NCBI GenBank assembly: GCA_965178125.1
Contig: OZ237767.1
Coordinates: 1-64,000 of the forward strand
Source of the DNA: Bilabrum cf. latius
Taxonomy: Eukaryota
Reading direction: 5' to 3'
Length of the DNA stretch: 64,000 nt
The number at the start of each line of letters is the position of its first letter. The stretch's first letter is position 1. Both the position numbers and the translations under genes were made by a program. Of this stretch, positions 36,401 to 51,000 are shown piece by piece. The notes beneath the pieces are model-generated. The model had not been told where the DNA came from, did not search any database, and saw only the letters and a program-made list of their open reading frames with translations.

Positions 36401-39400
36401 TGCAATGGTTTCCCGACTGCAACGAGCCTCTTAGCTCCCACAGACTGGCCATGGACGCCAGCGGGTCCTGCAGGTGCCTCGCGGCCAGCACAGCGGCACG
36501 GCTCCCGATGGACATGTCGGGCAGCTGCCGCTTCCCTGCAGGGCTGGTAGCCACAGCCAGGGGCAGCTCGGGGGAAGCCCAGGTCACGTGGAAGGTGTGC
36601 GGCTCCGTGTCATGGCGCACCGTCACACCGCCGTCCGCCCTGCGCTCGTACCCCGAGAAGCGCGGCGTCTTGCGGAACCAGTCCCCCCCGCGGGTCCATC
36701 GCCGGCCGTCCTGCGCCAGGTGCGCGTACAAACCGCCCTTGGAGTCTAGCGCCTGCGTGGGCCGAGCCAGCTCCCGCAGACCCCTCGAAACCGCCGCGGG
36801 CCGCAGCGCACCCGACTGCACCTCCATGGCACCAAACCCGCCCTCGGCGTCAGGCCCGCCGTCCATAGCCACCTACCCACCCGCCCCGGCGCCTGCTTCC
36901 TCGTCTTCGTCCTCCTCGTCCGACGACTCAAAGTCCTCGTCGGCGCCCCCCGCCCTCCGTGCCCGTCTCCTCCGCCTCCTGGCGCGCTCTTTGACGCTCC
37001 TCAGGCGGGCGATCTCAACCAGCCGGGCCGCCTCGATGGAGGCCAGCCGCAGCTGGTCCAGCAGCTGGGAGGTGTCCCGCTGGGCCGTGGCCACCACGCA
37101 GCCCGCGTGGGGTGCGTGCTGGAAAATGAGCGACGTCAGCCCCTGCAGCCGTGCATCCCTGCCTCTGGGCAGCTCTGCGCTCGACAGCACTTCCCCCCTC
37201 TGGTCCACCACCGCCGCGTGAGCAGTCCCGTCGGGCATTGACACCGCGCTAATCACTCGCAGCGAGCGCCCTCCCACGGTCTCGGCGTCGTCGTCCACGC
37301 GCACCAGCCCGCCTTCTGTCGCGTCTCCGTCCTCCCTGCCGGCCTGTTTGGCCAGTTTAGCCGTCTGCACGCGCGCCACGGCCTGCCGCACCTGCACGGG
37401 GAGCCGGTACGGCCCCGCCTGCGCAGCCCCTCGGATGGCCCTGGCCAGCTGCCCCTGCGCGGCCGCAACTGCCCTCCGCGTGAGCATGGCCCGCAGGTCG
37501 CTCGCCGCGTCCACCTCTAACCCCTGCTGCACCGCCAGGCTCAGCACCTCGAGCCGGATCGCGTCCACGGCCTCCAGCCGCAGTGACCCAGACCGCAGGG
37601 CATCGATGGGCGCCTCGTCCGTGGCAAGCCCAGCCACCTCTGCCGACCCCGAGTCGGAGAGGTACAGCGGCAGCAGCCTCTGGATGGCCTCGGCTCTGGC
37701 CGCCACCAGCTCCAGGTCCATCGTCAGCAACCCCTCCTTCTCCGCCTGCAGCAGCAGCAGCCACTGCTGCGGCCCGCCCACCCGCGCGGAAAGCTGCCCC
37801 ACCACCACAACCCGCCCCGCATCGCCCCCATCGCACTCCACCCCCACGCCGTCCATGGGCACACCCACCGCGGCATGCTGTCCACCCGGCCCAGACACCA
37901 CGGCCAGCTCTGCACCGCGCCCCGAGCCGTACCCCCCTTGCATGTCCAGCCACTGGGGCCCTCCCCCTCGCAGCAGCCGACCCATCGGGGGATCCTACTC
38001 GTCACACACCTCCAGCCCGAGAGCACCGCCCACCTCGCCCTGCCCGTCCCCGCCCCCGCCCGTCCCCGAGTCACCAGTGCCCCCCGGGAGGTAGCCCCCG
38101 AACTCCCCGCCCATCGCGTCACTGGCCGCGCCGGACCCCCGGGCGTCGGGCAGCTGGGGTGACATGCCTTTCTCCTCGTCGTGCACGAACTCGTACAGAG
38201 GCTTGGCCCGAATGGCGTGCAGCCCAAAGGCGGGGTGCAGCCCGTCGATCTTCTCGAGGCCCTGCTTGGTGGGGCTGGTGCTCAGGTTGCCCAGCCGCAC
38301 GGCCGTCTCCCTCACCGCTTGCCTGAAGGCAGGGTGCCTCCGGAGCTCGCGCTGCGCCACGTGCACGAGCGCCCGGCGGCAGTCGCTCGAGTCCACCAGC
38401 GCGTTGGTCCGCATTGCCTCCAGCGCCGCCTCCAGCCCGATGTCATCCGTCACCGCGGCTCCCTGCAAGGCCACCGCGTCCTCCACCGAGAGCGTCTTCC
38501 TCCCAGCCTCGATGCTCTCCGCGAATGTCTCGGGCCGCAGCATCAAACGGTTAGACAGTTGCCTGGCGCCCGCGGCGCACCCGAGCGTGTACAGGTCGCG
38601 CTTCATGCCCGCCTGGCCGCCGCTGGTGCCGGAACCCCCACCCAGGCCATCCATCGTGGCCCTCGCCCCCCGCAGCAAGATCTCAACATGCGCCGCTGCG
38701 TCCTGCATGGCCAGACCCCCGGTCCCGTCGCACGGATCCAGTGCACTAGGCCCCGCCTGCGCCGCTGCATCCACCCTTCTCGCCGCCTCGCTCGCCTCCA
38801 GCACGTCCAGCTGCCCGTTCTCGAGCGACTCCCGCAGTCTCTACAACAAGATGGCCCTGTTGGCCTGCGCCGAGCACCACTCGGAGTCCAGGTCCAGCAC
38901 CAGCCACACGTGCCTCAACCGCACAAAGGACGGCAGAACCTCCCTGTGCATCATCCAAATCACCACGGGCTCCAGCTTCACTCTGAGCACCCACCACAGC
39001 ACTCTCCTGGCAAACTCCTCCAGCGACTGCATGGCCACCGCACCCTGCTCGGCCTCTAGCACCAGCTGCAGCTCGCTCGCCCGCTCCTGGGCGGATGCGG
39101 CGGCTGCGTGGCTGCCCAGCGAAGCCACTCTGAACTCGTGCGCCAGCTCCCTCCTGAGCGCCCCCTGCAGCCTGCCCGCCATCCACCGCGCCTCTGTCTG
39201 GATGGACAGCGCAGAGGCGGTTGCACCCGGCAGGCTGGGCTCGGACAGCACCTTGAGCTGCTCGCCCGCCGCCTCCTGCGTTTCCGCGTCCCCGAGTCCC
39301 ACCGTCCTCGCGTCGATCCAGTCCTTGCCCAGGGGAGAGCGCCCCGCCAGCTCCCTCACCGCCCGCAGCGATGTCTCCCTGCGCCCCTGCCAGAAGAAGA

Positions 39401-40541
39401 GCCGCTCGGGACCGTTGGCCCGTCGGGCGCGGTTGTCCGTCGGAGTCAGGAAGAGCGCGGCCTGCGCCGACGCACCCATCCCCGCCGTGGCATCCTCCCC
39501 GTCACCGCCCCCCGCCACCCTCTCCTCCTCCTCGATCTCCGCCCTCGTCTTGATCTGCAGAGCCGCCCTTCCGTCCTGCCCCGCCTGCTCTGCGTCGATC
39601 AGGAGATCGTCCCTGTAGGCCATCATGAGGGCCTGGTCGCCCGCCCCCATCCGCTCTGCCGCGGCCGCGTCCACCTCCTCCTCCTGCTGCCCCATGCCCG
39701 CGAGAGACATGAGCTGCATCCCCCTGGACCCGAACACCTCCTCGAACTGCCGCACCTGATCCATAGAGGCGCCGCTGGCCAGCGCGGTGGCCTTGGCCCG
39801 GTTCCTCTGGTTCCGCTGCGCCCGTCTCTCCTCCTTGGTCAGGGCGAGGAACCCGTCCGAATCGTCGCTGTCCACCTCGGCAATCTCTTCCTCGAGAACG
39901 TCCGAGGGGCCCGGCCCGCCCGAGCCAGCGCCAGAGGACGGGCCGACTGCGGAGGGGGGAACCCCCGCGGGATCCAAGGGATCGAAAGGCATTCCAAAGG
40001 GGTCTTGTCCACCCGGCTGCCCGGCAGCTGCCACGGCAGCAGCGTCCTCCTCCGCCTCCGTGGGGCCCAGACCCTGGTTCTCTCGGATGAGAGCCAGGTC
40101 GTCGTCGTCCACCTGCACGCGGCGCTTCTGCAGCCGCTTCCGCTTTCGCTTCCCGCGGCCACTACCATCGCTTCCGTCTGAATCATCGTCTCCGTCAGAA
40201 TCGCCAGAATCGTCCGATGATGAATCATCGTCGCTGCCGCCCTCGTCCTCGCTGCCAGCCACAAGTCCTTCCAAGTTCCCTTCTTCATCGGCATCCTCAT
40301 CCTCTTCGTCCCCACTCCCATTGACAAGCCTGCCATTCTCGTCCTCTTCTCCCGCTTCTGCGTCAATGTACTGCCTCAAGATGGCCTATCGCTCAGCATC
40401 CGACACTGCGTACCCGCTGTTCGACTTGCTGCTACTAGGGCCGGAACCGTCTTGTCCCTGGGCGTCCGGCGAGCCTTTGGAGCCACTAGTAGATTCAGCT
40501 GGACTTAAAACGGGAGATTGATCATTTGAAGAGCTAGACAT
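33489..40541 (-). CDS. SPT6: Transcription elongation factor / histone chaperone SPT6, ~2350 aa (TAG read as sense)
   Basis: Acidic N-terminus, STSPTKQG..IDGLHP, HhH LQFVPGLGPRKA, PLDALRVHPRHY, S1 region, tandem SH2 (FRPSSTG; YPDGFKWRG); one frame with TAGs at 40386, 38841, 37995, 36873, 35499, 35079, 34092; ends TGA. Confidence 0.92.
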
Positions 40542-41259
40542 GGCAGATGGAGACAGCTACGCAATTCAGACGGAGCAGAGACGCCTTGATCGTGCCGCAA
40601 CAAATGCACTGGTACAGTGACAACCTTTAGATAAGTTAGCACCGCAACTACCGATTGAATGCCAACAAATAGGACAGGTAGTCCGGTGGCGGGCCGTCTT
40701 TGGGTGCGGCTCGGCCAGCGATCGTATATTCCCAGAAATTGAACCTTACAAAGCTACAACTAGAGGAATTACAATATTTCGTAATACGAGAGCAGCATTA
40801 GTAACTTTGAGAGCATGCCAGATGATTTGAATGCAATAGAACGTATTCTTGACTCCCCATTCCGGCATTTCCTGCCTGCTGCATTAGGAGCGTTCGGGGG
40901 CTGTGTTGTCGGCTTTGGAGGGCATTATTTTACGGCACCAGCACCCCTAGTGATTGGAAATAAGTAGAGATAGAATTCATTAAGATGTTAGATACGTGTA
41001 GGAGCTTTTTAGATTGCAACAAGCGTCATCGCAGATTTGTGTGCGTCTATCCGTACGGATGTGGCCCCCACCTGTGTACCATCTGATCCATTCCGATGTT
41101 CGTTTCGCAGTACGGGCTAGCGCGACATCCGCCGCAAGAGTAGGCAGCGTTTTTGGTTTGTACACATTAATAAGATAGACGCTTCGGCACGATTTGCAGC
41201 AGACTCCAACTACGTCTTCCTTAGCTGCCGGAGCTCTCTCGGTCACCACTGCATACGCT

Positions 41260-41598
41260 ATGGAGCCTGGCCGCTTTCGGGTCGTGCAGGCAGCGTGGGG
41301 CGGGTATCTTCCAAAAGGGCGCACTCTCCCGTTTCCCATAGCTGTACTCATGGTAGCAGGGAGCGGCGCGGCAACCTTTGGCGCCGGCGACTGGCTGGCG
41401 CGTTGGGCCGGGATCGGTGCCTTCCTGGAGAGGGATCACTTTGCGGCCTCGGCTGGGAGCCCCAAGCCCACTCTGAAGGATGCCAATGCGCCATAGGAGC
41501 ACGGTATCGATGGGAGCCTCCCTACCAGTGGTGGGAATGGCGGGGCAGCGGGACAGGCACCGCGGGATTCAGCCGAGGGTGACAATGAGCGGAGCTGA
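41260..41598 (+). CDS. Small single-TM protein, unknown
   Basis: ATG 41260, hydrophobic FPIAVLMVAGSGAATFG, TAG 41494 read through, TGA 41596. Confidence 0.4.
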
Positions 41599-42005
41599 CG
41601 TCGTGTGCCATAGGCTGCGCCTATGATTGTCGTCGCTAGTCGTTGTTTGGGTTGCACAGTAGCACAGCAGGGAGAATACATTGAACTCAGAACAAGCTAA
41701 CGTGCCTTAATTTCGAGTGCACTGATCACACCCACGTTCTGACAGAGCCGACCACTGGCAGTTCCACGAGGACAAGTCAGTCTTTAGTATTTCGACTTAC
41801 GTTTCCGACCAAGTGATCCAAAACAGATGTGAGAAGTAAACCATGCAAGCAAAATCCCACTAGGCACCACCTACCTGACGTTTTGAGGTTAAGGGTGCCT
41901 TGGAAGAGCAGTCTTTCTGTGGCGTGCCTCCCATCGTAACCCTTACACTGCTCTCTCTTATCCAGACGCAGTCTGGTGATAGCTACAACCGTATCTATCG
42001 CGATT

Positions 42006-45000
42006 ATGTATCATGCATTGTTTGGGAGTGCTTTGATTGCAACTTTAGCACCAGGATCAGGTTGGGCAACAGAATTGCAGGACAGGCGAATGGTCGGTGA
42101 GCCGTCTGGGACACCCCCCAGACGAATCGGAGCAGGCACTGACGGGGGAATGGGCCAATCTAACTTATTATCAGGAGATGCCTTTGGGGCGTCTTTGTCC
42201 GCAGCTGGCCCTACCTTGCTCGTTGGAGCCCCATTCGACTACTCCGCCTCCGCCTCCGACTCCGACCGGGAGGCAGGCGCGATATACAGATTGAGTGTCA
42301 CAGCGAGCGGCAAAGTTGAAACTGATTCTATTGAAAAAACAAATGAGCGCTGGCGCTTTGTGGGGAGTAGCATGATTTCGTAGGAAAACGCAGCTGGGTA
42401 TGCGGTGACGTTGCTTTCGGAGGACATAGTACTGTTCGGAAGCCCACTTTACTCCACATTAACGGGTAGATCAGGTGGAATATCGGTAGTCGATGTTAGT
42501 GACGGTCTATCACCAGAGTCTCCATACTAGTTCAAGCCAATGACCGGCCGTGGTGGGCAGGCAGTGGCGCTACTTGGTGACTTGGACGGTACTTCAAGCA
42601 CACTGGAAGTGGCGGTGCTGAAAGATGGGACAAGCACCACCAGTGGTAGTGGCAGCGACGCCACTACCGGGGGCGGTACCATCGCCGGAGGTACCACGGG
42701 CAGCAGCAGCCAGTCAAGGTCCGACAGCGCAGAGCCGCCCAAGGGCACTCTAGTCATCTACAGCGTAGAGTCGACGGGCACGCAACTTTCCATTTCCCAA
42801 GAGAAGGCATCCATCGAGTTCAATGGGCGCTCTCTCGTTGAATTCGGCATGGACGTTGCGTGCTTGGGTGACATGGACCTGGACGGGAGTACCGTGGAGG
42901 TGGCAGTCAGCAGCACGGGGATCCGCACCAGCGGGGGCAGCGATGGGGACGGAGGGTACCACATCATCTCGCTGTCTGCAACACTCCAGCAGACAAAGAT
43001 TAAAACGTTCTCTCCGTTTGCAGGCCGGAAGCAGAAGCTCGGGTACAGTGCGACTTTCCTCGGCGATATAAACTCGGACGGCATCGCGGGGGAGCTGGCC
43101 GTCGGCTCCGATGGCCCTGACGGGCTGGGGATGATCAGCATCTGCTTCCACCGTCGCGACCTTACTCTCTTCAGCCGCAAGGACCTCAAGGCAGTGCAGA
43201 CCGTGCACCCGCTGACCCCGGTGCACTTCGGCAGATCCATCGCAAGCATGGGCACCGGCCTGGATGGCGATGAGAACACGGTCACGCTAGCGGTCGGAGA
43301 CCCGGGGCAACAGACGGGCACTAAAGATCAAACCGCAACCACGTCGGGAGTGTTCGTGCTGGGCATCAAACGGACTAGGTACTTGCCTGCAGCCAAGGTT
43401 GCCGAAGCCGCTGCCTCCACGCCGCACTGCCCCGAGGACTCGGCCGCCCCGTGCCGGCGGCTGCTGTACACAACCCACGACACGATCCTCATGGTGGCAC
43501 CGGGGGGCGCCCCAACCGCGGATGTGGTCCGCTGGGACAAACCGTCGGCCACGATCTTAAGCGACAAGGCGACTGACCTGCTCGCGTCTGACAGCGAGCT
43601 GATCCGCATCGACATACAGCCCAGCGCGATGTAGGCCGGTGGAGTGCTCGGCCCGCCGCCAGCGGGTGACCCGCATCGCCCATGGGTGCGGTCTGACTAC
43701 GCCACGGTCTAGGTGAACGGGGCTGCCTGCATCATATCTGCCCTAGATCGCCCCAACGGTCGCATTTGGTGCCTGCCCAAGGCACTGCCTTCCCTGGCGG
43801 GCTGGGCCAGGGTGTCGGTCAAGTTCTGGAACGGGCACGAGAGCAGCACGTCGAGCAGTGAGACAGCAGTCGCTGGATCAAGGTCTGACCCTACAGCATG
43901 CCAGCACAAGGAGGTGCCGTGCGTGGTGTTTGGCCCGATTGCCATGTACAGGGATAGCACGGCCGAGCCGCCCAAGCTGGATCTCGACGGCGGCTAGCAG
44001 TTCCGCTTCAAGTCAGTCGGCCTCGTAAGTCCCGGTCAGAGTTCATGGCCATCCGAGCTCAAGCTGATGATCGGCCCGTTTGAATGCGCGAGCCCTACGG
44101 TAGCGTTCGGGACGACCGCTGCGGAAAAAGGCGTAGCCACCGTCACGTGCCCATCGACCCCCGCAGGCATCGGCGGGCCACACCGTGTGTATGTGGATGG
44201 GTTGCGGGGCGGGATCGCGGCTACCCTGCGAGACGAACTTCAGAGCTCTCTGGAGCAGATGGCTCGGGCGAACGTGCCCGAGACCCTGCTGGAGTACGAG
44301 GCGCCCGTCGTGTCGGGTCTCCTGCCCAGCGCAGAGATCGCGGAGAGGGATGGAAACGTGACCGTGACCGTAGTGGGCGACAATTTTGGTCCTTCTATCG
44401 CCGGGGTAGACTCGATCTTTGTAGGCGGAGTGCGCTGCGGCTCCGTGTCGTACCTTTCTGCGTCCCAGCTCAAGTGCGATGACCTGCCAGCGAACGCTTT
44501 CCCCCGGCGCGATGTGGTGGTGCGCTTCCGTGGAACGGCCACGACTGCCTCTGGCCGCGACTTCGTGGAGAGCAAGGGCGGGGCCAACCTGCTGCAGGTA
44601 CCAGCGGCTCCCATCGTGGTGGGCGCACAGCCAGCCGAGGTGCCCTCGACGGGAGGCACGGTGACTCTCTTCGGGCCCAACCTCGACGATCCTCTGGACT
44701 GGGTCATGGTGGGGAGCCAGACCTGCAACCCGCTCGTGCCCGACACCGAGTTTTCTGTCGAGTGCGGCGTCCCGGCCGGGGTAGGGAAAGACCTCAAAGT
44801 GAAGGTTCGCAGCCAGCTCGGGAGGGTCACCACCTCGAGCCTGGGTCTCGTGTCGTACTCTGCCCCAGTGATCGACGCGGTCAGCATCTCGCCTCAGCCC
44901 GTGTACTCGGGTGCTGGGGTGCAGTACACTGCGGTGATCAGAGGCGAGCACTTCGGCCCAGCGCTCAACTTTGATCTCACTGTATCGGTGGGTGGATAGC

Positions 45001-48000
45001 CTTGCGTCACCGTGTCGTCGGGGGATCGAAACGACACGCACATCGAGTGCGGGCAGCTGGAGGCCCCCTGGTCTAGTAACGATGTCGTCGTCACAACGGG
45101 GTCTCAATCGGTGGCTGCCTTCGGGGAGTTCCAGTTCTAGCAGCCAACTGCTGTGACGAGTGTATCACCCTCCGTGCTGCCTACCGCAGGAGGTTCCGTC
45201 ACGGTGCAGGGCGAGGGATTCGGGAACTCGCCCATTGGCATCAGCGTCAAAGTAGGAAGCCTGCAGGCGACGGACATCCAGCCAGCTGCGGATGGCCGGT
45301 CGCTGACATGCACCGTGCCTCCTGGCAATGGAAAAGACCTGGACGTGATTGTGTCAACCACCCAGAATGGCGCGAGCAGGCCTGGATCTGCCGCCGTGTC
45401 CTTCCTCCCGCCGGAGGTCCGCTGGATCGCAGCCGCGGGCTCTGCCACCGAGGATTTCATGCAAGACCCGGCCGTGCTGGCGGTGGCCAGGGGCCGGTCA
45501 TCGGTGTACCTCGGGGAACAGTCAGTTCGGATGCAGGCAGGTGTGACGAATGCAGGCATGGCAATCGGGCAGCTTGACCGGGTGAGGCTGGCAGGCAACG
45601 GCTTCAGCCTGCGAGCCTACAACCTGGCTGTTCTGTCCACCAACGCAACCACGGGTGATATCGATACGATTGCATTCGATGTCGATGCGATCAGCCGCAG
45701 AAATGTGTCGACATTGCCTGAGATCGCAAAGGATGTAGCCCAGAGCGCGGGCCGGTCGTGGCCGGTGCAGCTCTTCTTCGAGGTTGCTGGGCAAGCCTCC
45801 CCAGCAGCTGACCTTGGCTAGGCCTCCGACTACCCAATCGACGCAGCGTGGAGATCCGCCTCTCAGTCAACGGCCCCGCCTGCGTACCAGCCCTTCGTGT
45901 GGATCCTTGGCGGGCCCCAGCTGACCCTCATCGAACCCACCACTGTACCGACGGCCGGCTCCATCGACTTGGCCAGGCCAGGAAACGGAACCGAGATCGA
46001 CAGCCTGATGCAGTCCCTGGGAATCGGCAGCATGGAGGCCGTCGCGCAGGGTACCTCGCTGTTCCCGGCAGGCCAGCGGTCGATGGTTCGCCCGTTGGCC
46101 CAGGTCGCGCCTGCTGCATCTGGAGGTCTGGACCTCGACGAGAGCGAGATTTTGAGACAGGGCCTGGCGCGCATCCGAGGCGTGGGATTCGGGCACGCGC
46201 CGTGGGTACTCCACAGCGTGACCATCGGGGGCGTGCTTTCCCCTCTTGTTCTCTGGGCTAATCCCAGCGAGCTGTTCGCGGTGGTGCCACCGGACACCGG
46301 AATGGGAGGTCGGGTCTCTGTGCGGACCGTTGCGAACGTGACAGAGCCGGGTCAAGACGATGGCGGCCTACAGCTGGAGGTTGACCGCATGCGGCCCGCG
46401 GTGGAATCCGTATCATTTGCCTTGGCCAGCTCTCAGGACGGTCGGACTGTTGCGTATGCGGGAGAGCCTGACCTACTTGTGCATGTCGTCGCTTCCAATG
46501 CTGGGTCGGACACGGACCGGTGGTCCAACCTGCTGCTCGTCTCCAGGAGATGGTCCATTCCCTGCCTCAATCTATCGGTCACCTTAAGGCAGATCGGTCA
46601 GGTGCGGCGGTTCCAGTGTGATATTTCCCTCGGTCTCGCGAACGAGGTTCTCAGCCCATCGGGTCAGCCCACTGGCAACAACGACACCCTGTTAGACATG
46701 CTCATCGACGGTTTCTCGGAGCAGGTGTCAGTTTCACTCGTGGTTGACGGCATCCAGACAGCTGACCCTGCTTGGAGCAGCGAGCAGGCCCCGTAGGACG
46801 AGCCCTCCGGGTCAGCCACGGCCTCTCCTGGCCCCGTCGCGTGGGTAGTACACCGTCCACTCGTCACGCAGACCGAGCCCTCTCTGATCGCCACGGAGGG
46901 TCTGTTGGGCAACCGCATCGACGCGGACGAAAGCGCAGGGGGCACACCGACCGCTGGATCCCTGCAGGCTAGGCTCAGGGAGGCCTTGGACGGCTACCTG
47001 GTCCGACTAGGGGGTGCCTCTGGGGCGGGTCTGCCGGACGTGGTGGAGGTCGGGGCGATCCTGCAAGGTGGCTAGAGTGTGACGAGTGCAGACCTGCTCG
47101 AAGCTGGGCTGGTGGTCGTGCGGGGCAGCGCCATGGGCCACTCGCTGCAAGCTTTGCTAAGCGTGTCGATTGCGGGAGTGGGTGACTCGCCGCTCGTGCT
47201 GTGGCTCTCACAATCGGAGCTTGCATTCGTGCCCCCAGCTGGAACGGGTGCAGGGCGCCAGCTCCTCGTGAAGACGATCGGGTCTCAGGTCAGCGAGGAT
47301 GCCACCGTGAGGTATTCTTCCCCCCAGGTGACGGGGCTGGACCCGCCGTACGGGCTTACTGGGCTAGGGCACCTGTCCTCGTTCTCGGTCAGCGGCCGGC
47401 ACTTTGGAAGCAACGCATCGGCCCTGCAACGCATCGTGGTGGGTGGACGAGCCTGTCGGAATGCGCGATATCTAACCCAAACCACCGTGCAGTGCATCGA
47501 CGCACCCTCGAACTCATGGGCTTCTCGCCGGGTCACCGTGGTAGTCGACGGGCAGGAGAGTTTTCCCAACGCGATCTTCACGCCTCTAGATCCCCCCACT
47601 GTGCGGGCCGTGTCCCCTGCCGTCGCAAAGGTGGGCCAGACCATCCTCGTGCTCGGTGACAACTTTGGCCAGGTACCCTCTGACGTGGCACGGGTTACCA
47701 TTGCCGGGTAGCCGTGCCTCAGCCTGCAGCACGAGGGCCCCACGGCACTGACCTGCGACATGCCCGAGCCAGCTGCCAGCTTGCAGCAGCAGGCACTGTC
47801 CGACCCAAGAGCACTTCGGGACCTGCCGGTCGTGGTGGAATCTGCGGCCGGGGTTGCCTCCCCGGCCAGCCCCAACGCCACGGTCACATTTGCCACGCTG
47901 GGCACACCGCTGGACGTGGCACCCGAGAACATCGTGAGCTGGCGAGCGCCTGGGAAAGCGGACCGGCTGGTCCTGCGATGGTCCCTGCCCGACTCGGACT

Positions 48001-51000
48001 ACGACACGGACGGGATCGAGCCGGTGAGCACGTTCGACGTCGAGACATGGGCTGCCGATTCCACCACAGGTGACTTCCTCGGGGAAGGTACGGAGGAGAG
48101 CGGCTCTGCAGTGACGCAGCAGCAGGTGCGGAGGACTGACGTCACCGAGCAACTGACCAGGGACGACATACTGGTGTTCCGATACAACGTACCGGCCTTG
48201 GAGGACACGCCGATGCGGGTGCGGATCCGGGGCTTCAGCGACGCAGGGCCGGGCCCGTGGTCGGGCTGGTCCCTGCCCGTGCCGTCCACCTGCGTGGAGG
48301 GCGAGTACCTGGACACCTCCTCCAGTGTAGGGACGTGGGAGTGCAAGCCATGCGACGACACCATCGTGCAGTGCACTGGCGCAGTGGCACAGCTCGCTGC
48401 TGCGGCCCCAGGCTACCAGCGGCTCCCGTGGACCGGTAGTGCCGTTGCGTTTGCAGAGTGCCCAATGGGGCCCCTCACCTGCTTGGGTGGCCAAAGTGGC
48501 GAGGATGATGAGACAGCTCGTGGAGCTGGCGGCAACAACAGCCAGACTGCAGCAGGTCCGCAGCCGCGTTTACTCCAGGCCTCCACCGCGGTTTAGCTGC
48601 CCTCGCTGGACGAAGCGCTGGCTCAGGACTCGCCCGCTAGCAGTGGAGGGGCCGGGGCATCGGCTGGCGCGCTTGTGGGCCAGGCAAGGATTGGATGGTA
48701 TAGTGAGCGGTGCGCTGATGGGTATTCTGGACTGCTATGCGCTACCTGCGTCCCTGGCTACACTCGCTGGGGCACGTACGAGTGCAGGCGTTGTGCCGAT
48801 GCCACATACATCATCCTTGCCGCGGCGGGTGTTGGAGTGATGATCCTGGCTGGAATCATTGCCCTGTCGGCGCAGGCGCTGAAGCGGGGCTCCGAGGAGG
48901 AGCAGGAGATCATGGAGAAAGCGGTCAAGATGTGGAGGAGGCGCTTGTCAAGGAACAAGGTGCGGGTCGGCAGCACAGGCACCAAGCAGCTCTCAGTTCC
49001 GATGCAAGTCGGCGTCGACAAGGGACCAAGGTTCGCAGCGAACGTCTTGGCTCGATCCAGTAAGCGCATTGGGTCCGCCGAGGATTCCGATTCGGATACA
49101 TCCGTGGGAGGCATGCGGTTCGAGTCAAGTGCGGAGCTGACCGACGCAGCATCGACGAAGCAGACTGCCATTGCACCCTCTAGGCCATCACCCACGCCAG
49201 CAAGACCCGAGGCAGGCACTACCACAAAGCAAGTAGCAGGCCAAGACAAGCCAGCCGTGGACATGGACGCCAGCGTGCCCCAGAGGGCAGTGCTCGTCAG
49301 GCAGGCCACGGAGAGGTTCGACGCTGAGGCATCCGATTCGATCGGAGTAGCCGTCATCAAGATCGCCTTCTCGCACCTGCAGACCATCGCGATCGCCTCC
49401 CAGTTCGACCTCGAGTGGCCTCAAAGCCTGCACGACATGTTCGCCGCCTTCAGCACCACGACCTCCGCTGCATCGGACGTCATCTCGCTCGACTGCATGC
49501 TCAACAGCCTGGCACCAGCTGACACCCAGGGCGATTGGACTGGGGTCGCGGGCCGGGCCAGCAGCGCCTTGCTTGGCGCTCTGAACGCCAGCTCGAACGG
49601 AAGCACCGCGGGAACGCACACCGCCGACGCGTGGCCCCACCCCACCGCAGAAGACGTGGAAGTTCTCCGAGAAGCTGAGAGGAGCCACGCCCTCGCCCTG
49701 GCTGAGAGCCCCCCTCCTCAGTCGTGGCTCGTCGAGGGCATGCCCGCCCAGTCTTCCTACTTCGCGTCTGCGCTCGTCATCCTGTCGTTCCCTTTGGTGC
49801 TTGCCCTCGTGATCGCTTTGCTGTGGTTCGTGATGGAGGCCATCGATGGCTGCCTGTTCATGCCCCGCCGTGGAGAGGAGGAGGACAGCGAGGCGGGCAG
49901 GGAAGGAGACTCCGAGGACAAGGAGGGGTCCGGCAAGGGCGAAGCAGGGCCCAACCAGGAAAATACAGGCTCCGACAATGACCGATACAGGCGAGGGCCT
50001 TGCTGCGGCGTGATGGCAGACGAGCGCAGGACCTCAAGTCTCCTGGTCAAACTGCCCCTGCTCAAAGTGCCTGTGCAGGCCGCGCGACTGCCGTACCTCT
50101 CCAAGGTGGTGGTCACAATGATCGTGGTGGCGTTCATATTGCACATCACCGTGACCGACACCTCCCTGGGTCTGCTGACGTGCACTGACGTGGAGTCGAG
50201 TTTCCAGCTTGGAAGCGAGAGTGGGGACGGTCCCGCAGCAGCCCCTCTTGCGGGATGTCCGGCCGGCACCGAGCACCGTCGGCTGGTGCGAGATCTGAAC
50301 GTGTGCTGCTACAACTCCGAGGCAATGGCGTTCACATACGGAGTGGGCATCCCTGGGGTGATCCTGTACGCTATCGGCATCCCGCTGGCAGCCCTTGCCC
50401 TGCTACTGAGGTACAAGGACGACATGCACAAGCCGCAAACCCGGGCGCTGTTGAGCTTCCTGAGGGCGGGCTTCAGGCGAGACGTGCTGTACTGGGAGGT
50501 GGTCATCATGCTGCGGAAGTTCGCCATCTCCGCAGTGGTTGTGTTCCTTGAACCTTTCGGGGTCCGGATCCAGACGTATGCCTCTTTGGCCATCTTGTTT
50601 GCCGTGACGGTGGCACATGTGAACATGCAGCCGTACTCGCACAAGAGGCTCAACAACCTCGAGTTCGGGGTGCTGTGCACGGCGTTTGCCACCTTCGAGG
50701 CTGGCCTGTTCCTGCACGACCCCAGCTCCGGGCAGGCCACCCGCCTGTGCGCCACGCTGCTGGTGATCGTTGCCAACAGTGCCGCACTGGGATGGGCCGC
50801 CTACATCGCCGCAAAAGACCTCTTGCCGTCTGCGATGAACTCGCTGAGTGGCATGCTTGGGCTGGGTGGTGGGGCTGGTGGTGCGGCGGGCGGGGCAGCG
50901 GCTAGCCAGCTGTCTCAGAGAGGACTGGGGGAGGGGCAGGGCGGCGGCGATACCATGGTCGGGGCGCTTGTGGGTGGGTGCTGCGGGTGCTGCGGGTGCT

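Noticed and set aside
34353-40521. Long + strand ORFs antisense to SPT6 (and similar shadows of other genes)
   Set aside because: GC-rich antisense shadow frames with no domain signal
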